Positions 48,879 through 61,241 of a stretch of 64,000 nt of DNA are shown here, in pieces. Below the pieces are notes generated by a model. The model saw only the letters and a program-made list of their open reading frames with translations, did not search any database and was not told where the DNA came from. The DNA comes from Pseudovirgaria hyperparasitica (Eukaryota). Numbering within the stretch: position 1 is the stretch's first letter; every line of letters begins with the position of its first letter. The DNA lies in NCBI GenBank assembly GCA_010093815.1, contig ML996570.1; one strand, 5' to 3'. A program made the translations under genes and the position numbers.

Positions 48879-49457
48879 ATGTCGTCCGCAGACGAGAAGA
48901 CCACCTTTGGTGCCGTCGTTGAGACCCACCTCTCCCGACCAACTCCCCAACACCTCGACACCACCTTCTCGCAAGCCTCGCCCATCTCCAATTTCAATTC
49001 GCTTCCCACCACTCCGACCAAGCTTGACCACGACCCGGCGAATCCCTACTTTGCAGGTCACAGCAATGGAACCGAGCACGGCGCGTTCAGCAAGACGCAC
49101 CTCGATGCCTACGCCAGCGACGTCGAGGCTGGTACGCCTCTTTCGACCGCTACAACTGTTCAGCTGAAGGGCTCAGTCGATGGTCGACTCAAGGAGTGCA
49201 GCAAAATGAGCATGTGGCCCTCGAAACAGTCGCTCATTGCCGATGCCAAGGCTGCGAAGAGACAGCGCCGCTGTGGAGGCCACGACCCTATGAGGAACCT
49301 ATCCAAGAAACAGAAGCTCACTGCGAAGATTCTCATTGCGCTTCTGGCAGTTGGCCTGGCTGTCGGCTTGGGTGTGGGCATTAGCAGAGCTGTGGGTGGT
49401 GGCATCTGGTCCGGCGATCATAAAACAAAGTATATTCCTAACGATCAGGGCCATTGA
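48879..49457 (+). CDS. Small membrane protein with a C-terminal transmembrane helix (hypothetical)
   Basis: ATG at 48879 (MSSADEK...), Ser/Pro-rich body, ECSKMSMWP, then LSKKQKLTAKILIALLAVGLAVGLGVGISRAVGGGIW. Confidence 0.75.
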   Translation: MSSADEKTTFGAVVETHLSRPTPQHLDTTFSQASPISNFNSLPTTPTKLDHDPANPYFAGHSNGTEHGAFSKTHLDAYASDVEAGTPLSTATTVQLKGSVDGRLKECSKMSMWPSKQSLIADAKAAKRQRRCGGHDPMRNLSKKQKLTAKILIALLAVGLAVGLGVGISRAVGGGIWSGDHKTKYIPNDQGH

Positions 49458-50327
49458 TGATAGGTATGTTGTGCTCCTGGACATCTATGGCACGCCCGAC
49501 TGACCTGTGTCATAGTACTACCGACTTGGCCATTGAACGGCATCTTCTCTTCTTTTTCGAGCCAATACTTTAGAGGGTTCATTCTGGTCGACTTGTTATT
49601 GTATACCAAGTCGTTCTCAAACGGTTATCTCGACTTTGTTTGGCATTCTAGCCTCTCGTCTCTCGTGTGTCGCCCAGAGTCTGTCGCCAACCAGCGTCAC
49701 TCTGCTTGAACACACTACTCGCGCATATCAAAAAGAGGCGTTTAAGCTTTATTAGTTGGTGGACAAGGCTCTTCCGGCGCAATGCGGTCTTCCACATCCT
49801 CCTACTTGTGAGGCTCCTTGTATATAGGATTTGCGGGCGTTCTCAACCATTGGTTCAGCATTTCATTTGTTCAGGACTATGCAGGAAGCATAAATTAAGA
49901 TACTCAGTCTGTTGTTAGTCACACAGACATCTGGCAGGACTGCGACTGGAACGAATCCAGCGCTCATAGAGCAGTCTTGTAGTCCATTCATCGTTGAAAC
50001 GCGCACAGCCACCCGTGCTGGCGTTTCTTATTCGATTACATTTAATGAATTTGCTCTTTTTTTGCGTGCTGCCGTGATTGATCTAGGATGAGTAGAGACT
50101 TGGAATGCCAAATGTCGTCTTGTGAAGTTACGCACCGCAAGTGGTCTGGAATGGCGACGCCTCATTTGTGGCTGTTCTCCAAAAACGTGGTGAGGCTGTG
50201 GGGGAGCTAGCCACGTGCAAGTGTGTCATTTTCGCGACAACCTCACAGCTGCCGTCGTCTGAACCACCAACTACCACTTGCCTACCGTTCCACACCTTTC
50301 CAATTGTCCTTGCAAACTTCCTGGACC

Positions 50328-52410
50328 ATGGCGGACTCTCAGACTGTGGGCTCTGCCACACCGAAACGATCGCGCGACGAGTTCGAGAAGGACGGAGCAG
50401 TCACTAATCCTGGAGACGATGGTAGCTATTACTTACTTGCCCATATCCTCACAGCAAGACCGCACCCTAACAACGTACACAGACGACGCATCCTCCTCAG
50501 ACGACGACGATGACTTTGGCCCCGCCCCCCTCGCTGCGACCGCACCGCCAAAGAAGAAGCGCAAACTGCCCTACCAGAAGCTCTACGTTGCCGCCCTGCC
50601 CAGCTCAGCCCGCTACTCGCGCTCGCTCATGCACCGCGACCAGCTCTCCTTCCTCACCCTGACCCCGCACTCCGACTTCCTCATCACCAGCTCCGTCGAC
50701 GGCATCGTCAAGTTCTGGAAGAAGACGCCCGGCGCGCTCGAGTTTGTCAAGGAGTTCCGGAGCCATGTGGGCGAGATCAGGGCCGTGAGCGTGAGCGTGG
50801 ATGGGCGCAGCTATGCGACGTGTGGTGCGGATAGGAGTGTCAAGATCTTTGATGTCGCGACGTTTGATCTGCTTGCCATGTTGAAGCTCGAGTATGTGCC
50901 TGGGTGTGTGTGCTGGGTGCATGGGGGAAAGGGGGCGAGGTTTCCGCTGCTTGCGGTGGCGGATGCGGAGAGTGCCGTGGTGAGGATATATGATGGGCGG
51001 GGCGAGAATCTGGAGCCGCTGCATGTGATTGGGAGTTTGCATAGGAAGCCTGTGACGCTGATGGCGTATAATAAGGAGTACGACTGTGTTGTCTCGGCGG
51101 ACGAGGGGGGCATGCTCGAGTACTGGCGGCCGAGCGGCAGCTACGAGAAGCCCGAGAGCGTGTGGCAGATGAAGAGCGCGACGAACCTGTTTGAGTTCAA
51201 GAAGGCCAAAGCCGTGCCGACGTCGCTGACGATATCCCCCACCGGCACCCAATTCGCCACATTCTCCTTTCCCGACCGCAAGGTGCGCGTCTTCGACTTT
51301 GCAACCGGCAAGCTGCTCAGGACATACGACGAGTCGATCCAGACGATCGAGGAAATGCAACAAGCCGGCACGGCCGCCGCGCGCATCGACGACATCGAAT
51401 TCGCCCGACGCATCGCCGTGGAGCGCGACCTCGACCAGCCCGCCGTCCGAACCCGGCTCAACGTCGTCTTTGACGAAACAGGCCACTTTATCCTCTACGG
51501 CTCGCTGTACGGCGTCAAGGTCGTCAACACGCTCACAAACAGGGTCATGAAGCTGTACGGCAAAGACGAGCCCTTTCGCGCCCTCAACCTCGCCCTCTAC
51601 CAGGGGCAACCAGACAAGAAAGCCGTCGTCACCGTTGAAATGGCCGCGTCCGAGAATCCGCTCCTCCAGGAAGCCGAGGCGCGAGACGCCATGCTCGCCG
51701 CTACAGGCGCCGGCAAAGTGCGCTTCTACATGTTTACCAACGTCTCCGAGTAAGCCCCCTTGCATCCCTCCCTCAAACCCAATCCCCAAGCCCAACAACC
51801 TAACCCTCTAAAAACCAACAGAATAACAAAATCAACCCGCGACATCCAAAACGAGAAACCCACCCCGCAATCCGCCCTGTCCCTGTCCCTGTCCAAACTC
51901 CCCACAACCCAACCCCCACAAACAGGCACAACCGCAATCCTCCACACCACCCTCGGCGACATCACCCTCCTCCTCAACCCCCTCGCCGCCCCCCTCGCCG
52001 TCGAGAACTTCACCACCCACGCCCGAAACACATACTACAACAACACGCCCTTCCACCGCATCATCCCCAAATTCATGATCCAGACCGGCGACCCCCTCGG
52101 CGACGGCACCGGCGGCGAATCCATCTGGGCCGGCCCACCACATAATAAACCCTACTTCAGAGACGAGATTGCCCTTGATGTGCTGCGCCATGATCGGCCG
52201 TATACGGTTAGTATGGCCAATTCCGGGCCGGATTCGAATGGGAGTCAGTTTTTTATTACGACGGGTAAGGCCGAGTGGTTGGATGGGAAGCATACTGCTT
52301 TTGGGAGGGCGGTTGCGGGCTTGGATGTTGTGCATCGGATTGAGGGGGTGAGGTGTTGGAGGGAGAGGCCGGAGGTTGATGTGCGGATTGTGGATGTGGA
52401 GATTTTGTAG
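50328..52410 (+). CDS. cyp15: WD40-repeat cyclophilin-type peptidyl-prolyl isomerase (Cyp15 / PPWD1-like)
   Basis: YSRSLMHRD, ITSSVDGIVKFWKK WD repeats, then the cyclophilin domain VENFTTHAR..YY...FHRIIPKFMIQTGDPLGDGTGGESIW, VSMANSG, SQFFIT, WLDGKHT. Introns about 50422-50482 and 51750-51821. Confidence 0.95.
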
Positions 52411-52682
52411 GGCTTGCTTGCTTGGAGAAGGGGGGGGCTTGAGGGGATGGGTTGAGGGGATGGGTGGGTGTGTAGATGATGATTCATATTTTAAATCTTG
52501 AAGAGTATGATTGATTTTCATCCAGACAGTTACCTGACCAAGTAGAGTAGAGATTCGTGTAACAGACAAGTTAGGCTACCACCCACCACTAACTCACGCA
52601 CTCAAAATACACAAAAATCCCAAAACCCGTAGGATACATCTCCAACAAAATATAACATCAAGCACTGCCCTGCCCCAATCAA

Positions 52683-54231
52683 TCAAACCCCAAACCCACT
52701 CCCCCTCAACCTCTCCCCAAGCGCCCGATACCGCCCCGCACGCACATACGCCGGCACCTTACCCCACACGTCCACCACCCGCCCATCACACTCCAGCCCT
52801 TCCTCGTACAGCAGACAGTCGAGGATATGCTTGCTCACCGTGCTTTCGGCGAGGGGCTTTGTGGTGGTCTTTGTGGTGGTGGTGGTGGTGCTATTACTGT
52901 TTGTGGATGTGGATGTGGAGGTGTTGTTGGTGATGTTGGTATTGTTGCGGCGGCGACTCGGCAACAGGGCGGCAATGGTGGCGAGGGGCAGTTTTTGGTG
53001 GTGCCAGAGAGAGTAGATTTGGAGGCTTGTGGGGGACGGGGAGGAGGGGGAGGTGCTGCGGAATTGGAGTTGCCAGGCTGTGGCGCGGAGGAGGGTTGTG
53101 TTGTTGTCGTTATCGTTGTCGTTGTCGTGGTCGGCGGCGGAGCTGGGGGGTTCTGGGTCCGTGGTGCTGTCGGTGTGGGTGGATGGCGTGGGAAGGGCGG
53201 GATAGTCGATGCTGTCTGGAGAGAGGTGGAGCTTGTCCATGTGTTTGGTGGCAGATGCCACTGCTTGATCCTCGTCTTGGTCCTCCGGGGCAGTCTCGTA
53301 TTGCTCGTCGGCGGCGTCTTCGCCATCTCCTTCTTCTCCATCGCCCACCGCTGTAGATGCCGACTCTACTGCCTTCTTCGTGGTCCTCGGCTTGACGGGC
53401 TTGATCACAACTACGCCCTTGGGAAGCTGGATCGCCAATTTCAACTCTGCAAACGCAGGGCGGGGCGGGGCCGGTCTCATCGCCTTCCTCTTCCTTTCCA
53501 ACACATCAAAGAGCCTCAGACCGGCATACGCATCCGTAGCGGCGTATGCTGCTTGCTCGTGGCTGAGCGGTTTGCTCCAGTCGCTCTCTCGCACGGCGCC
53601 TTTGGCTAGTGGCAGTTGGAGGTGCTCTTGGACCTGACTTGCCAGCGACACGAGTTTCTTGTTGACCTGTGCCGGGTCCGTGGTGGAGTATGTGATGATT
53701 TTATGCAGGTGACTCAGTTCAATTAGACCTCGGGCTTCGATGCCCAGATACTTACGCAGCCGCGTCGTGTCAGCAGAGATCGCCACGCCCACCTTTACAG
53801 TTGCATCAGACTCCAATATCTGCTTCAGAGAGGCGGGCAACAGATCGTGGTCCTTGTCCTTTGTACTGGCCCAGAGGCTGATGTGGAAAAGTCCAACGCG
53901 TGTCTCGCTGGCGAGCTGGATCAGCGACGCGTTGTCTCGCGCGCCGGCTGTCGGAAATGCGTTTGGTTTCCACTCGATATCGAAGCCGAGAACCGGCTCG
54001 TTGACGAAGTGCTTGAGAGCGTCCTCTGACACCTTCTTGTTCCTGCAGTAATGGACAAGGACTTTTTCGTCATCCGGTCCGCGATACAAGCTATGACTGT
54101 AAAAGGCTTTGGATAGTGTTGGAGAAGCGTTCATGGCTTCGTAGAGGGACTCGTTTGGTATTTGATACTTCAGCGCTTCATGCTCTTCCTCGGCCTCGGC
54201 CTCACTTTCGTTCTCGCTCTCGTCCTCCCCT

Positions 54232-54262
<31 letters not shown>

Positions 54263-55406
54263 CGCTCCCACGATCGCTCGCGCTCCCGGATTCGCTTTCC
54301 ATGTTATCGCTGCTGTCTGACTCCGAAGAAATATATTGGGAGCCTTCGTCTCCACCATGGTCATCATCTGGTGCTGAAACAGTGTCGTTATCCTCGGACG
54401 AAGTGGGTGCGCCAGAATCGCCATAGCCCTGTGTGGACGCTGTGCTGTCGTCTGGTGATCCAGTGGAACCAGTTCCAGGAGTGTGCTCACTGCTTTCGGA
54501 GCTCACCGGGTCGCTTGCGCCAGCGCTCCGGGCCCGCGTAAGGTCCTTATGGTCATGAGTGTCTGATGGTTTGGTGGAGTCAAATGTCGTCGTTACCATA
54601 TGGCGAATCTCGTTATCCGATCCGGTATCAGCATCGCTGGCAGTAATCTGCTCTTCATCTCCTGCGTCCTGCAATAACAGACCTCCTACACTAATAGAGT
54701 GGTGTGTTTCAGCCTCGAACTCGCCAAATTCATCGTCTGAAAAGCTCCGACGACTGCCAGAAACTTCGCCGTCGTTGCGTTTTTTGGTGACACTAACGGC
54801 CTTGCTGTCGCCGACATCTGCACGCTCTTCATTCTCCAACATTTCCTCAGTTTTCTGATTTATATCGTGCATGGAATCAGCGTCATGGCCCTTTCTCGAG
54901 TACCTGAAGAGATGGCTTTCAATATGAGCCCGCTGCTTTGGATTCTTTTGCATTTCCTCGACCTGCTGGTTGATGATGGCTCGCGCCCGAGACTTCCCAC
55001 CGCGATCGCCGAGTGTTGTGTAATAACTCATCCCCGTTAAGGCACCGGAGAGAAGCGCCAAGGTACCTGGAACGCGGTCGTGTTGTCCTCTGGTGCCATC
55101 GGTTTCGATCCACAGATGGTGTCGGGCAGGTGCACGGCGGGGCGAAGGACCAGGTCTCGTCGAGCGGAAAACAGAGGTGTGTATCGGGGACAAAGAGTAG
55201 TTACATGTGCTGTTCTCGTTGTCAGTGGGCTTTCAGTATATGTAGAACCGAGGGATATACATGTTGTAGCATCGTGTCTTGCTCTGGTCACGGCGCGTGG
55301 GAAGGCGAGCAGGACCGGACACACAAGCCGCCATTGGAGACGAGCACCGCTGGATTGCAGGGCGAGTATGGTAACATAGTGCTGTGCTTTGGCGGTGGGA
55401 GAGCAT
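52683..55406 (-). CDS. DEDDy 3'-5' exonuclease (WRN-exo/EXD2-like) with acidic low-complexity N-terminal region and C-terminal HTH-like segment
   Basis: ExoI GFDIEWKP, ExoII KVGVAISADTTRL, ExoIII YAATDAYAG, plus VRESDWS. The 5' exon (ATG 55406, intron 55260-55210) is inferred from in-frame GT-AG joining. Confidence 0.88.
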
Positions 55407-55876
55407 CACACTCCATTTCAATGACTGTGCTGGCAACAGGCAGCAGCCGCGTTCGACGAGTGGAAGAGGTATTGTAGATGTTTCGTGACGCGCCCCGCGT
55501 CCTCAACCATTTTCCAATTGGGAGTCGGGAAACTTGCGGCCAAGAACCAAGCACAGGGCAGGCATCCGGGTCAGGTGGCGGCGCTTAATCGGGGCCGCAG
55601 ACCCACAAGAATGGTCTTAAGCTGTGAACGACATTGGATAGTGTGACAACTGCTGTTGGATGCGTAGGTTTATAATATAATATGAATGGACTACACCAGT
55701 AGACGATGATATACGCTACGTACAGAGGGCATGACTCGGGCTCCTTTTGTAGAACGATTGGTGCATATCAACGGCATGCTAGAGTAGTACAAGAGGGCCC
55801 ACCTTAAGAATGAGCCTGGTATTAATGTTTCCTGTCCGAACTCCTTGCCCTATATTACAAAATAATCACAGTCAGC

Positions 55877-58006
55877 TCAGGCGATATTGCCTGCGAGCCC
55901 AATGAACAGAGCCTGGGCTGCAAGCTGCAGCGTCCAGATTCCAACCTTTTTGAACCTTCGTTTGCGTGAACGGGCATCGCTTGTAACGTCGCGAGAGAAA
56001 GCATCGTAGACCTTGTGAATGTTAGCAGATACCCTAGCAGAAATTATGGGCTCAGGAAGTTATACCTCGCGCGACAGATCCTCTATCAACCCACTGTCCC
56101 ACGTCGTCCATGCTCCATTGAAGTCGCTCAATTGCTTTACAATCCTGCAGTTGACAGGGATAAAAGTCCTCTTCGAATTGATATATGCCACGATAGGCCG
56201 TATGAGAGCGTTATTGACGTATGAAATGTCATTAGTGAAGAGCGGGACGGCGGCCCTCACGTCATTGAGATGCACTCGAAGATCCATGACAATGAATCGT
56301 TTGTCGTCATCGTCATCTGATGTCTTTAATGTCGGCTCGTCTGTTTGGGCAGCCAGATGCCCACTTGCGTCTTGTGGATTTGGAGCAATGAACCTGTGAC
56401 CGTTTGACGTGACAGAGGCCTCCATGCGATCGTAGAAATCGGACATGACCTTCACGATACTTCCGTCGTGCTCTGCAGGAAGCATGATATCTGCAACAAT
56501 ATCGACGTTACCTTCGTGAATCCAGGAAAAGGTGCCTTCTACGCCTCTGTTTAGATGGTCAATATTAAGCCCGTCGATCCTAACACGGCTATGCTTTTTC
56601 CAAAGACCTGATTCTGTATCACGGCCTTCGCTCAGCTGAGTTCCAGTGTAATTGTGCGTCTGGCGAGGATGAATAGTGAATAAAGAGTTGTCGTATGATC
56701 CAGACATCATGTTGGCCGACATGAAATCATAAAAGAGCCACTGCTTTCTGAGTTGTGGCAAGTCACATGAGTAGATGCTCACTGGGAATGGTCTGAAACC
56801 ATCAGGCTGATATACCGTGACCAGTAAATCTTCAAGCCTAAACGAGTCCAACTCAAAGTCTCCGGGATTATGCTCATGTCTGTATGATTTAGGATCGACG
56901 GGTTCCGTCAATGGTCGAACGTATGTTCTGTCGATCACACCTCGCACCCCTCGGACTTCTACATCTTGTAGTAGGCCCTTGCCGTTGAACCACTTGGCAA
57001 AAGAGAGGGTCACGTTGACCGTATCGATTGATATGTCGAATTGGGTGTAGTTCGTATCCTCTTCCTCCTCTTCCACGCCATCCTTTTCTCTTTGTGTGGC
57101 CGCAAGAGCGGCCTCCGCGGCGGATGATTGAGACCCTTTGGATACATTTGCTTTCCCCTGCCCAGGTCTTCGCGAGACAAAAACCTTCTGAAAGGATATA
57201 ACACCGTCTTTCCATTTTGGCACGACAGCAGATTCGAAAATAACCTTGATCCCAGATGACTGCGTCAAGTAACCACCAATCCAACGCGCAAGAGTTTCTG
57301 TTGACGTTTAGAGTTGAATAAAGCAATCACGAAACAACATACCCTGTGCAAAGACTGTATTAACAGTAATGATAGCCAGTGAGAAGAACGTCGTTGTTCC
57401 GAGCACAATCCAAAGAACGTGGCCCAGAAAGATCCAGGAGAAGAATCCGGACATCTCGTCCAGAGTGTAGGGCCGCCCGCTTCTTATAGTGAACCATTTG
57501 AAGCGCAAGCTTAGGCGCTGCCAGAAGCCTGTCGCTGTCGCAAGTAGCTCCTCCTTTGTAGGACGATGAAGATGTGGAAAGCGATTTAAGAGGCCACTGG
57601 ATTGGTCGTCCTCGGTATTTTCATCTTTGCTCTTCTCGGTATCCTTGACTGTTTTCTTATGCCCTGCTCGATCTGCATCTTTGCTTTCTCTATCGGTACT
57701 AGACCATCTCTTTGTGCTAGAAGTTGTCTGCCATGATGTTTGTCGTACGTCCGTCAATATCCGGCTTCTCCAAGCTGTGGTTGCCAAAGCGGCTGTGCTA
57801 TCCTCACTCCGAAACCTCGTAGTGTTACACCTATGCGCGACAAGCCGGAATGTAGCTATCTGGACCAGCGGAGGAAGTGCTTTGCGTTCGAGGAGAGAAG
57901 AGGCGCGCGTCGCGATAGAAATGAGTTGACTGGAACGCGATAGAGGCAGGTCAGCGAAATTTCGCCATAGTGCTCCGCCGGCACGATATCCAGCATTGCG
58001 ACTCAT
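55877..58006 (-). CDS. MDM31: Mitochondrial inner-membrane protein Mdm31
   Basis: Arg-rich presequence, RPTKEELLA.ATGFWQRL..RFKWFTIRS.RP, WIVLGTTTFFSL, FESAIVP-type FESAVVPKWKDG, YTQFD, LRKQWLFYDF, last exon RRFKKVGIWTLQL. Confidence 0.95.
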
Positions 58007-58658
58007 TGTCTTCGTGAGACGGTCATGGCGATGTGGTATTCAGAATTCAGAAAGTTGTGGCTGGTTTTGACGAAGCCAGAGAAGTGTGAATTTGTCACCC
58101 GTGCCACACGATGTATTAATGGACGAGGGCTGTCGCGGTTGAAATGCAGATTAACAGCGGAACCCGTAGGAAGGAAGAAGAAATATAAGAAGTATTATGT
58201 GAACAATTCGAGGAACAGGACGTAGTAGGGCGATCTGCAAGTTCAGATTCTCGGTTTCTTAACCCTGGCAGGTCAACGATGACGATGGATTTTAGCGTCG
58301 GAAATACGGGTTCCCTACAGTACCGCGGGCGTAAACCTCAACTTGACTAAGCATAGATGCTGTCCATGGATTTAAATGACATGCATCGACAACTTTTCAG
58401 GGAGACAAGATTAAAAGAGTATTTTTATACAGTGGAGATGAACCTCTATGGCCACAAAAAAAGACAGAAGCTTCATACGCATCGCTCTTATGCGAGGTCT
58501 GCTCCTCAAAGTATGAAACGCATAATTGTTGCGACAGCAGACACCGCCAGCCCCAAGTTGATGCCCTATGTCATCAGTGTTGATATCATCCCACGAGCAA
58601 TCGAGTGCTTCATCCCAAAACGCCAGATAAAATCCCTGCCAGACATAACACCATCAGG

Positions 58659-61241
58659 TCAGGGGAAATAAGTTCCATGCAGGCTGTTCTGCACGCCATT
58701 ATTCGGCTGGCTGCCTTGACCATTAATACCGCCTGCGCCGCCCATGCCCATGCCCATACTATTCGCATCATTAAGAAACCAACTCCAGTCTTGATCGATG
58801 TCCATGGCGCCCATGCTCCATGGATTTGCAGCATTGGAGGCAGAGAAGGTGCCGAGCCCGTCTTCCCCGCCGATCGACGACGCCGCTTGGTTGGCTTCGA
58901 GGTTGTTAGGCATATAGAAGCCGTCATATACTAAGAACGGATCATGCATCTCAACAGCTTTGCCTGTGTTCCTCGCTGTGGAAGGTGAGATGATAGACGG
59001 AGTCGTGGCCGGGGTAGAGCTCGGCTTATGAAGATGATTCAAGTTGTTGTTGGGATATACGGTGGGTGAGTTGGAAGAGTTCATGGATGGTGGTGTATTT
59101 ATTGTCGAGTTTGAAGCGGAGGGAGTTGATAGAGGATTGAAATTTGAGCCGCAGCGTACGGAGATGGTTCCAAAGTAAGGAATGATGATCCTGGCGGAAT
59201 GCGACATTGTTTTGCACGTAGACATGTCCATGTGACGGACCGTACTGAGCTGCTCCAAGACCTTGTAGCTTTGTGCCGCGACCTTCCCGCCTTTCTCGTC
59301 GGATGCGCGCTGGAAAATGTCCATGCTTATCTCAATCATACGCCAATCGGTTTCCTCTTGCAGAGGATTCGGGACTGCACCCAATCTACCGTAGCCGAGC
59401 AGACCAAGTAGAACGAGAATAGATGCCGTGAAACCAAGGAAATCTACAGCTTTGCACTCATACAGAGGTTGACCTGTACCGGCACGAAGTAGGTGGTAGA
59501 GTCGTAACATCTCGCGAGCACTGTTGAGACACGTTGTCCGACTGTACTCGTATCGGGGATTGTTGGCGCTCTGAAGCATGAACGGCAAGTGAAGGTAGAC
59601 TCGGATTTGGTGGTACGCCATCTGCGACAGCAATTTCTCTTTCAATACAGCAGCACCTACTGGTCGATGGATGTCAACAACGTCTGCCTCCAAAGCAGCG
59701 GTGTCCCACCACCCGGGAGGCACTAGGCTTAAAACCCTTTCCAGTTCACTGTCGATGTCAAGAGTGGATGAGAAAGAGGATGGAGCGGTTCCTTGGGTCC
59801 GATCGATGACTTTACCGGCGAGCTTAGAGATTGAGGTAAGGAATGCAAAGGGCGATTGGGTGTGGTCGGCCATGGCACCCCGAAGTTCGAGATCACAGTG
59901 CAAGTCAGGTATACCATAGGGAAGGCCTAGTAGGAGACTGATGAAACGATCGCCCTGATATAGTACCCACCATATACTGTCACGCTCAGGGGACATGGAG
60001 TGGTTGCGATGGAGACCCTGACAGCTGATTAGCAGAGATTCAACCATATACCAACCTAGAGATGTATGCACTTACGATCAATTGCGCATATGCTAGGCCT
60101 TTACGATAGCAAAGCCACGCTTTCCGGGGCTGGCCAATGTCTGCATAGCATTTCGCCGCAAGGATCAGGCACTCCATGCCTTCCAACGTTGAACCATATT
60201 CATCATCGGCAAGAACCTCTCTCTCGACAAGAGCTAGATACTTCTCGATATCGTCTTGATCCACACTTATGCCAAGACCCAGGACAAGAAGGCCAAGCTG
60301 GGCAGGAAGGCCTTTAGTTAAAGCATCTGTGGCGAAGTCGGATAACGTGGCATATTTAATAGAGGTACCTGGACACTTTTGTCGGAATGTCGCCCACCAG
60401 TCCCCATTACGGGTGAGTAGTTCGACGGTCTTATCATATGAAGGCAACGGAGCCAGCAGGGCACGTCTTGTACGTTCGTATTTTTCTTTGGTGGCTGTTG
60501 ATTGAGGGTCATGGAAAGTCTCAGGGGGTCTGCTTGGCTCGGCGCTCCAATCGAGGATAGGGCCCTTACTGGCATCAGAATTGTCGACATACTTCTGTCT
60601 GACTGGCATGCATTCGCTCAATGAAGTATCATTCTCATCAGCTCGACTGATCACGTCGTTGTTGAACATTTGTAAGAGAGGGGCATCCTTATGACTGTGG
60701 CTGACATCGGCAGCAACAGATACAGGTGGCGAATGAGGGAATGGCTCGCCCTTGAGGTTCCTGAGAGCTTCTGCTGAGGGCCGAGTGGTCCGATCTGTCC
60801 TATCGTCCCTTTCGTTCAAGAGGGTCTCAACCAAAGCCTCCAACCTAGAGACACGTTCACGTAGGTTTTTACGTTGATCAACAATGGCGTCAGCGGAAGC
60901 ATGTTCTTGATCGATACATTTAGAGCCACGTGCGAAGCATTCTGTACAAATTTCTGGATTGTCTTGTGGGAAAATGCATCGTATCTTCCGTCTTCGACCT
61001 GTGGCAAGTTTTAGTAGCGGCCCGTGAGAGATGACCAAGACTAGTCAAGGTAAGGACAGGGGCCTGGGTGCAAGGTATATATCTTAATGCGCTGTAGATT
61101 TGCAGACGCGGACCCAGCCGGAAGGCCTGGTAGACTGTATTGGGATATAAAGAGGAGTGACTTACATTCGAAGCAACTATGTGTTCCCTTTCTCATCTTA
61201 CGCGCCTTCTGGTCTGGCGAGTGTGACCTTTGAGGTGGCAT
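58659..61241 (-). CDS. Zn(II)2Cys6 transcription factor with fungal-specific middle homology region
   Basis: RKMRKGTHSCFEC|RRRKIRC...CTECFARGSKC, coiled coil LRERVSRLEALVE, GQPRKAWL...AQLI|GLHR...RDSIWWVLYQGDRFISLLLGLPYG. Confidence 0.92.

Noticed and set aside
50605..52569. Long - strand ORFs (397 aa and 245 aa)
   Set aside because: Antisense shadows of the cyclophilin gene.
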